From Scenedesmus sp. PABB004 (Eukaryota): 64,000 nucleotides of DNA. The DNA is taken from contig JABVCE010000045.1 in NCBI GenBank assembly GCA_014905635.1, forward strand, positions 62,001 to 126,000, in the 5' to 3' direction. Under the pieces are notes generated by a model. That model saw only the letters and a program-made list of their open reading frames with translations, searched no databases and was not told where the DNA came from. Both the position numbers and the translations under genes were made by a program. Below, one piece after another: positions 57,029 through 64,000 of the stretch. The number at the start of each line of letters is the position of its first letter. Positions within the stretch are counted from its first letter, which is position 1.

Positions 57029-59445
57029 TCAGCCCGCCACGGGGCGTTGGCGGGCGGGCCGCTGGGCGCGCGGCCGCCGCCGCGGCCGCCGAAGCCGCCG
57101 CCGCGCGGGCCGCCGCGCGGGCCGCCCCGCCCGCCCTCGCCCCGGCCCTCGCCGCGGCCGCTGCCGCCCCAGCCGCCGCCGGGCGGGCCGCCGCCGCCGC
57201 CACCGCCGCGGCCGCCGTAGCCGCGGCCGCCGGGCGGGCCGCTGTAGCCGCCGCCGCCGCGGCCGCCGGGGCGGTCGTACGAGCGGCCCCGCCCGCTGGT
57301 GGTGGGGACGACCACAAACTGCCGCGGCGGCGCGCCGGGCCCGCCGGCGGGGCCGCCGCGCTCGGGCGCGGGGGAGCCGTCGCCGCGCGGCGGCGCCTGC
57401 TGCGGCGGCCCGCCCGCGGGCGCGCCGGCGCCGGGCGCGGCCGCCGGCTGCTGCTGGGGCGGCGGCGCGTGCGCGCCGGGCCGCGCGCCGGGCGCCGGGC
57501 CGGCCCCGGGCGCGCCGCCCGCCGGCGCGCCGCCCGCCGGCGCGCCGCCCGCCGGCGCGCCGCCCGCGGGCGCGGCGGCCGGCGGCGGGCCGCGGTAGCT
57601 GCTGCTGGGCGGCTGCCGGTAGAAGCTGCTCGGCTGCGCCGCGGGCGGCGGCGCGCCGTAGCCGGCGCCAGGCGCGGGCGCGGGCGCCGCGGCGCCGGGC
57701 GCCGCGGCCCCGGCCGCCGCGGGCGGGCCGCCCGCGGCGGGCGGCGGCGTGGAGGGCTTGCTCGGCTCCGCCGCCGCGGCGTGCTGGCTGAACAGGCTGT
57801 GCTCCAGGGCGCTCACGGTCATGGGCTTGGCCGCGGGCGGCGGCGCGGGCGCGGCCGGCGCGGGCGGCGGCGCGCCGGGCGCTGCCGCGCCGGCCGCGCC
57901 CGCGGGCGGCGGCGCGCCGCGCAGGCCCGCCGCGTGCGGCGCGGGCCCCGGCCGGGCCGCGGGCGGTGGCGGCCCGGCCGCCGCGGGCGGCGCGGCGCCG
58001 GGGGCGGCCGCCGCGGGCGCGCCGCCGGGCGGGCCGGCGTGCACGGGGTGCGGCGGTCGCGCGTGCGCGCCGGGGTGCCCCGGCGGCGGTGCGACCGCGC
58101 CCGGCGCGCCCGGCAGGTGGGGCGGCGGCGCGTGCGCGCCCGGGTGGTGCGGGGGCGCCAACATGCCCGGGTGGGGCAGCGGCACCTCCGGCACCAGCTT
58201 GACAAAGGAGCAGCCCATGATGGCGTCCAGGCGCTTGCGCACGGCGCCCACTGCGCGCACGGCGGGGCGCGCCGGGCGCGCGGCGGCCGTGAGCGGGGCG
58301 CGGGCGCGGGCGCGGGCGCTGGCGTGGCGCGGCGCCGCAGCAGTCGCCGCGGCTCGCTCGCTCACCGGTGAGGCCGGGCACCTCCTTGACGAGTCGCGCG
58401 CTGTCGTCGCCCTGGAGGAAGGCCTGCGACCGCAGGCCGCGCGCGCGGAGCGTCGGCCCGCCGCCCCCGGGCAGCGCGGGCCCGCCGCCCGCCGCGCCGC
58501 CGCGGCCCAGCGCCGCGCACCTGCGCCGCGGCCTGGCAGCTCGCCAGGCCCTGCTGGTGGCTCATGCGGCTGCCGTAGGGGCGGCCCATCAGCAGCCGCC
58601 CCGCCGCCGCCAGGGCCACCAGGTCGCCGTCGGTGAGCCGCAGCTGCGCGGGCGGGCGCGCGCCGGCGCGGGTCGGCGCGCGCGCAAGCAAACGCGCGCC
58701 GGCGCCGCGCGCGCGCGCCGCGCGCGCGCACCTCGGGCGCCACCGACACGCACGCGCCGCGCTCCACGTGCGCCACGTAGCCCTTCTCCAGGTCAAACAG
58801 CTGCGCGGCAGGCAGCGGCGGGCGGCGGCGGGCGGGCGGTCGCGCGGCGCGGCGCGCCCCGCGGCACCGGCTCGCTGCGGCGCCGGCTCGCTGCGGCGCT
58901 GGCGCGACTGCTGCTGCCTGCTGCTGCTGCCGCACCTGGGCAAAGTAGAGCAGCTCCAGGACCTTCTCCACGTCCGGCTTGGCGTCGGCCTTGTCCGCCG
59001 CCTTGGCGTCGGTCGCCGTCGCCTTGTCCTCGGCCTCCGGCGCCGCCTTGGCCGCGGCGGCGGCGGCCTTGGCCGCCTCCTCGGCCGCGCGCGCCGCGGC
59101 CGCCTCCTGGCGCGCCGCGCGCTTGGCAGCGGCCGCCTCGGCGGCGGCCGCCCCCGCCGCGCGGCTCGCGGCGGCCTCCTCCGCCACCGCGGCCGGCAGC
59201 AGGGCGGACAGCTTGTCCAGCTCGTCGATGACCGCCACCAGCGCGGGCTTGGCACCCAGCAGGACGCGCTGCTCCTCGTTGAGCTCCTTGCCCTGCGCCT
59301 CCGCGGCCTCCACGTCCTCGATCTTGCGCAGCTTCTTGCGGCACGCGCGCAGGCGCTTCGCCACGACCGTGATGACCGGCCCCTCGACCGCCGGCGCGGG
59401 CTCCGGCTCCGGTGCCGGCGCCTTGGGCTTGCGCGCGCCCGCCAT
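57029..59445 (-). CDS. Caprin-like / plant glycine-rich (At1g27090-type) RNA-binding protein with Pro-rich region and RGG tail; apparent 1-nt deletion just before the stop
   Basis: ATG 59445. GPVITVVAKRLRACRKKLRKIEDVE...GKELNEEQRVLLGAKP...IDELDKL, VEKVLELLYFAQ|LFD...HVERGAC, MSHQQGLASC, then RGG repeats. Adding one C at ~57042 gives NAPVAG* at 57029. Confidence 0.8.
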
Positions 59446-60732
59446 GCTGGCCGCTCGCCGCGCCGGCGCCGCTGGCGTGCTCAGGGGGGACGGACGGCCT
59501 GATCGCGGTCCGCGCGAGCAAGCAGCCGCAGCGCACGCGCAGGGAGCGCGCAGAGAGCCGCCGCGATCCGCCGCGACCTGCTGCTCGCGACCGCTGCTGC
59601 TCGCGTCACACCGGCCGGGCGCGGGCGGTGCCGTTACTGCGCGGCGAGAGGGGGGAGCACGAGGGGGCGCCGGCGGGCTGGGCGGTGCTGCGGCGGCGGC
59701 GGCACAGCGGCGGCAAACCGCAGCGCGCCAGCGGCGCACCCGCCCGGGCCCCCCGCGGCAATCGCTCGCCGCGTCATTATTATTACTCCTGTGCACCGCC
59801 GCCGCCGCGCGGGTTCGTTCATTGTCGCGCCAAGTGATCAGGCTTGCACGCGCGTGCCGTCAGCGGCCGGGTCGGCGGCCGGGCGCCCCGCCACGCGCCG
59901 CCGCCGCCCCCCGCACGCAGCAGCAGCAGTAGTTATGCAACACACGTGCGCACACAGTCTTTGGGCCGCGCGCGAGCACACACGCGGGCGCACACACACG
60001 CCAAGCCCGACGCACATAGCGCGCGCTCAAGTGGGGAGGGCTGCTCTGCCAGACGCACACCGCCGCGACGCGCGCACACAGATTCGCCCCAGACCAAGCA
60101 ATCGCTCGCACCAACGGCGCCTCCCACAAGCGTCCGTGCGCTCGGGCTGGCTTGTCCGCGCGCCGCCCGCACGCACACGTTCACTCAAGTGCCCCCGCGT
60201 CGTCGTGCAAAACGGCGCGCGTGCGCCAGCGTCCTGCCTGTTGTGACACGCGATGCCCCCGCCCCCTGTGCAGCGCCCAGGCAGCGCGCGCGCCCCGCCT
60301 GCTGCGGCGGGGCGCCGCGGCCGCTGGAATCCCCACACCCAGCTGTGCGGTGCGGCGCCGCCGCTGCACGGCAGCGTGCGGGCCGCACGCGCGCGGGCGT
60401 GCACCGCCGCCGGCACCCCCCGGCGGCCGCCGCTGCCCACTCGCACACGCGCGCCCCCAGCCTGGCCTCGCCTGGCCTCGCCTGCGCGACCGCCCCGTCG
60501 CGCCCTGCCCCCGCTGCTGCTGCTAGCCTACCAGGGAGCGCCGGGCACGTTGGTGTTTGCCGTGCGAGCGCAGACGCAATGGTGGTGATGTGTTGGGACC
60601 CAGGGGAGCAAAAGCGCGAGGCGGGTGAGCAATCTAGGCCCCACATAGGAGCCACAGTGCTGGAGGCATGCTCAGACGTGCGTGGCAACAATCAGCAGCG
60701 CGGCACGCGTGCCGCGCGCGCGCCGCAGCGGC

Positions 60733-61450
60733 TCAGGACGCAGCCGCGAGCGCCGCGGCCGGCCAGGCCCGCATGCCGTGCGCGCGCTCCTGGCTGCACG
60801 CGAGCGCCTGGGGCTGCGCGCCGCCGCGGCGGAGCTGGGCGCCGGCATGGGGGTGCTTCACCGGCCGCGCGCCCCCGTCGGCCACCGCCGCCGCCGGCGC
60901 CGCCGCCGGCAGGGGTACGGCCGCTGCGAGTGCTGCGCCGCCGCCGTGCCGGCCGGCAGCCGGCTCGGTCAGCCGCGGCCGGCGCGGGCGGCTGGCCCCG
61001 CCGGCGACGATGGCGCCGCCGCCGCGCCTGCCGCCGGCGCTCAGGCTGGCCGGCGCTGGCGGGCCGCTCGGCGCCGCCCGCAGGGGGCGGCGGCCCTTCA
61101 GCGCTGGCGGCGCGCTCACCGCCAGCGCGCTGAGCACCGTGCCGCTGGCCTCGGTCGTCGGCTCATCGTCGCCGCTGTCGTAGAGGGGCGGGCTCGGCCC
61201 AGCAGCCGCCGGCCGCCGGCCGCCGCCCAGCAGCGCGCCGCCAGGGCTGCCAAACCTGCGGCGGCGGCGGCGGTGCGTGGGGGCGGGAGCAGGCGAGTTA
61301 GAGCGGCAGGGAGGGCGCGCAGCCCGCCCCGTGCGCAGGACGGCCGGGGCCACGTGCTGATTGCTGCACGGCGACGCGCTGCTCACCAGGCCCGATTCAT
61401 CGCCCGGTAGACATCGGCGTCCGCGGGGCGCGTCGTTGGGCACATCATGC
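60733..61450 (-). CDS. Possible small unknown gene
   Basis: Open frame with an acceptor-like cgccgcag near 61256 and PSPPLYDSGDDEPTTEASGTVLSAL. No family recognised. Confidence 0.2.
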
Positions 61451-62586
61451 TGGGCTGCCGCGAGGCGGCGGCGCCCATTTTGCGCGCTGGCTGCGGGGCC
61501 CGGTGATGGTGCCCGGCCTGCGCCGCCTCGCGACCCGCTCGCGCCCGCGAGGCTTGGGAGAAGGGGGTGGCCCGCAGAACCGGCTGAAGGCGGCCGCCGG
61601 GGGCTTTGCGCAGCCGCTTGGGCAGCTCGCGGCGCGTGGAGGCGCGAGGCGACGTCCTGCGGCCGCGGAGCACCCTCGCGGCCCGACCCTGATCGCTCTC
61701 GTCCACCCTGCACGCGGGGGGCGCCCGGGAGCAGCAGGGCCAGCCGGCGGGCGCGCAGGGCTTTGCGGGCCGCTGCGCCGCAGGCCGCCGGGGCGCGCGG
61801 CGCAGGCCGCCTGGCCTCATCATCGGGCCATCATCGTCGTTACACAGCTCAACGAATCACACGCCGCCGCCCCCTGGTGCCGGCGGCGGGCCTCCTCGCT
61901 CCCTGCGCCGCCTGCTGCGCGGCGCCGCGGCGCGCGCGTGGTGACCGCTGCCGCCCGCCCGCGTGCGGAGCAGGCAGCCTTGGAGCTGCAGCGCCAGCAG
62001 CAGACTGCACGCGCGCGCCGGCGGCGCCTCGCGGCCGCGGCCAAGGGGGACGCACACTCCGTATGCATGGTCGTGACTGTGCGTTGCGAATCATCCCGCG
62101 CGGCCCGGCAAAACTCGCGCGCGCGCTCCCCCGAAAACTGCCATCGGCCCCACGGCCCCGCGCACGCGCGCCAGCCGGCGGCGGCGCGCGCCCCGGCGCG
62201 GGCGCAATATGCCCCGCGCCCGCGACGCGCGCGCCCTGGGTGTGCCAGGCGGCACGCGCACCGTGCCCGCCCGCCACCCGACCGCGCCCGCCGGCGCCAC
62301 CCCTGGTGCTGTTAGTGGTGGTGATGCGACCAGTGCGTCCCGGGGCGCCCCGCCCCGCCCCGCCCCGCCCCGCCGCGCCCCGCCGCGCCCCGCCCGGACC
62401 CCGCCCAGCCCGGCGCTGCCGGCCGCCCCCGGCCGCGGCTCCCTGCATGCCTTACGCGCGATGCCATACGGTGTGTGTGCAATGGCTTGGCGCTGCCGCT
62501 GCCGTCCAGTGTGTACATGACGCACCCCCCGCCCGCCCGCCGGCCCGCCCGAGCTTAGCTTGAGCTCGGCTCGGCTCGGCTCGGGC

Positions 62587-64000
62587 TCAGCTGCGCAGCG
62601 TCGAGTAGTAGAGCTCGACGTAGTCCATGGCCGGCCGGTTCCACGACCAGTCCTGCAAGCGGCGGCGGCGGCGGCGGCGGGGTGAGGCGCGGCGGCGGGG
62701 CGAGGCGCGGCGGCGGGGCGAGGCGCGGCGGCGAGGCGAGGCGCGGCGGCGAGGCGAGGCGCGGCGGCGCGGCGAGGCGCGGCGCGGCGAGGCGCGGCGA
62801 GGCGCGGCGCGGCGCAGCGGGTGCGCGGCGGGTGCGGCGGGCGTCGCACCTGGCGCATGATGCGGGCCTGCAGGCTGCGGAACCAGCGGCGGTCGTTGTA
62901 GTAGGCGTCGATGGCCCGGTTGAGCGCGTAGTCCAGCCCGCCCTCGTCCATGCCCTGCGGCGCGCACGCGGCACGTGAGGCGCGGCGCGCGAGGCAGCCG
63001 CCGCGCAGCGCGCGGCGCGGCGCGCGCAGCACGCGAGGCGCGCGGCACGCGAGGCGCCGCGCCGCACCTCGAAGGCGAAACCGTTTGTCTCGTCGACCTT
63101 GTCGCGCATGTAGTCAAAGCTGCCCGCGACCTCCCACGCGGCGCGGGGCTTGTCGTTGTCCACGTCAAACACCGTGTCGCGCAGCCCGCCCGTGTGCCGC
63201 ACGACCGGCACCGCGCCGTAGCGCATCGCGATCAGCTGCGCGGCGGGTGTGTGTGTGTGTGTGGGGGGGGGGTGAGTGAGGTCAGTGTGGTGAGTGAGGT
63301 CAGTGTGGTGAGTGTGGTGAGTGTGGTGAGCAAGAGAGCGAGCGGGCGAGCGCAGGCGGGCGAGGGCAGGCGGGCGCGCCCCCGCGCGCCGCCCTGCGCG
63401 CGTCGCGCCGCGCGTCGCGCGTCGCCGCGCGCCGCGCGCCTGGGTGAGGCCGCAGGGCTCAAACATGCTCGGCACGAGGATGATGTCGGCGGCGGCGTAG
63501 ATGAGGTGGCTCAGCGGCTCGTCGTAGGCAAAGACAAAGCCCGCGTCCTTCTGGTGCCCGTTGCCGAGCTCGCCGTTGAGCGCGTCAAACTCGGCCTGCA
63601 CCTTGGGGTCGGGCGCGCTGCCGAGCAGCACAAACTGGCACCCGCGCTCGAGCGCCTGCGGCGCGGCGCGGCGCGCGTGGGGCGCGGCGGCGCGCGTGGG
63701 GCGCGGCGGCGCGCGTGAGGCGCGTGGGCGCGGCGCGCGCGCGGCGGCGACGGCGCTCCCGCCGCGCCTCGCGCCCCGCTGCTCCTCCCGCGGCCCTCGA
63801 CGCGCCGCCGCTGCTCCCCCCTCCCTCCCCCTGCCCCTCCCCCGCTCCCTCTCTCCCCCGCGCCCTCCCCGCACCTTGTAGGCGGCGTGCTTGATGAGGT
63901 GCACGCCCTTCTGCGGCGTGAGCCGGCTCACCACCGCCACGATCGCCTTGTCCTCCCACTGGCTGATGCCCACGCGCTTGCGCAGCTCCTCGCGCGCGCT
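62587..64000 (-). CDS. SS3: Soluble starch synthase III-type (GT5), 3' exons; 5' part lies outside the window
   Basis: VSRLTPQKGVHLIKHA, QFVLLGSAPDP, YDEPLSHLIYAAAD, VPSMFEPCGLTQ|LIAMRYGAVPVVRHTGGLRDTVFDVD, LDYALNRAI, and the SSIII-type end DWSWNRPAMDYVELY. TGA at 62589-62587. Confidence 0.93.
62682..62812. repeat. Intronic minisatellite, ~17-nt unit ggcgaggcgcggcggcg
   Basis: Read directly; lies in the last starch synthase intron. Confidence 0.85.
63272..63330. repeat. Intronic tandem repeat (gtgagtgaggtcagtgtg x2 plus gtgagtgtg units)
   Basis: Read directly. Confidence 0.8.

Noticed and set aside
54760..59796. 1678-aa minus-strand ORF as one protein
   Set aside because: Chimera of the Caprin-like gene, in-frame introns, a likely missing base before its stop, and the antisense of the neighbouring gene.
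62682..62812. Regular 17-nt repeats as a CRISPR-like array
   Set aside because: Head-to-tail with no unique spacers, intronic, eukaryotic context and no cas genes.

Overview
Eukaryotic nuclear DNA of extreme GC content, with many short (~100-200 nt) GT-AG and GC-AG introns, TGTAA poly(A) signals and very short intergenic gaps. This pattern fits a chlorophyte green alga; a Raphidocelis/Monoraphidium-like identity is inference only. Most long six-frame ORFs are GC-rich shadows, so real genes were rebuilt by splicing. Gene order: an edge fragment (-), two near-identical isocitrate lyase genes forming a ~4.6 kb tail-to-tail palindrome, a protein with a C-terminal CEP164-type WW module (-), a KLHDC4-like kelch protein with an inserted IQ motif (+), SLX9-like (+), a membrane-anchored TPR protein (+), a giant coiled-coil protein (-), CFAP119/C1a-32-like (-), dolichol kinase (+), an S10 serine carboxypeptidase (+), VPS39 (+), a secreted flavin amine oxidase (+), an unknown GTGFFLP-motif protein (+), a repeat-bearing intergenic region with a perfect 81-bp inverted repeat tipped by (CAAGGT)3 and a diverged third copy, a secreted Cys-rich repeat protein (-), a putative plastid acidic protein (+), a Caprin-like RGG protein (-), and the 3' part of starch synthase III (-). 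The main points of interest are the homogenised ICL palindrome with independent promoters and 3' UTRs, the hexamer-tailed repeat family, the kelch-IQ fusion, frequent GC-AG introns, and five apparent single-base deletions that are probably assembly errors.
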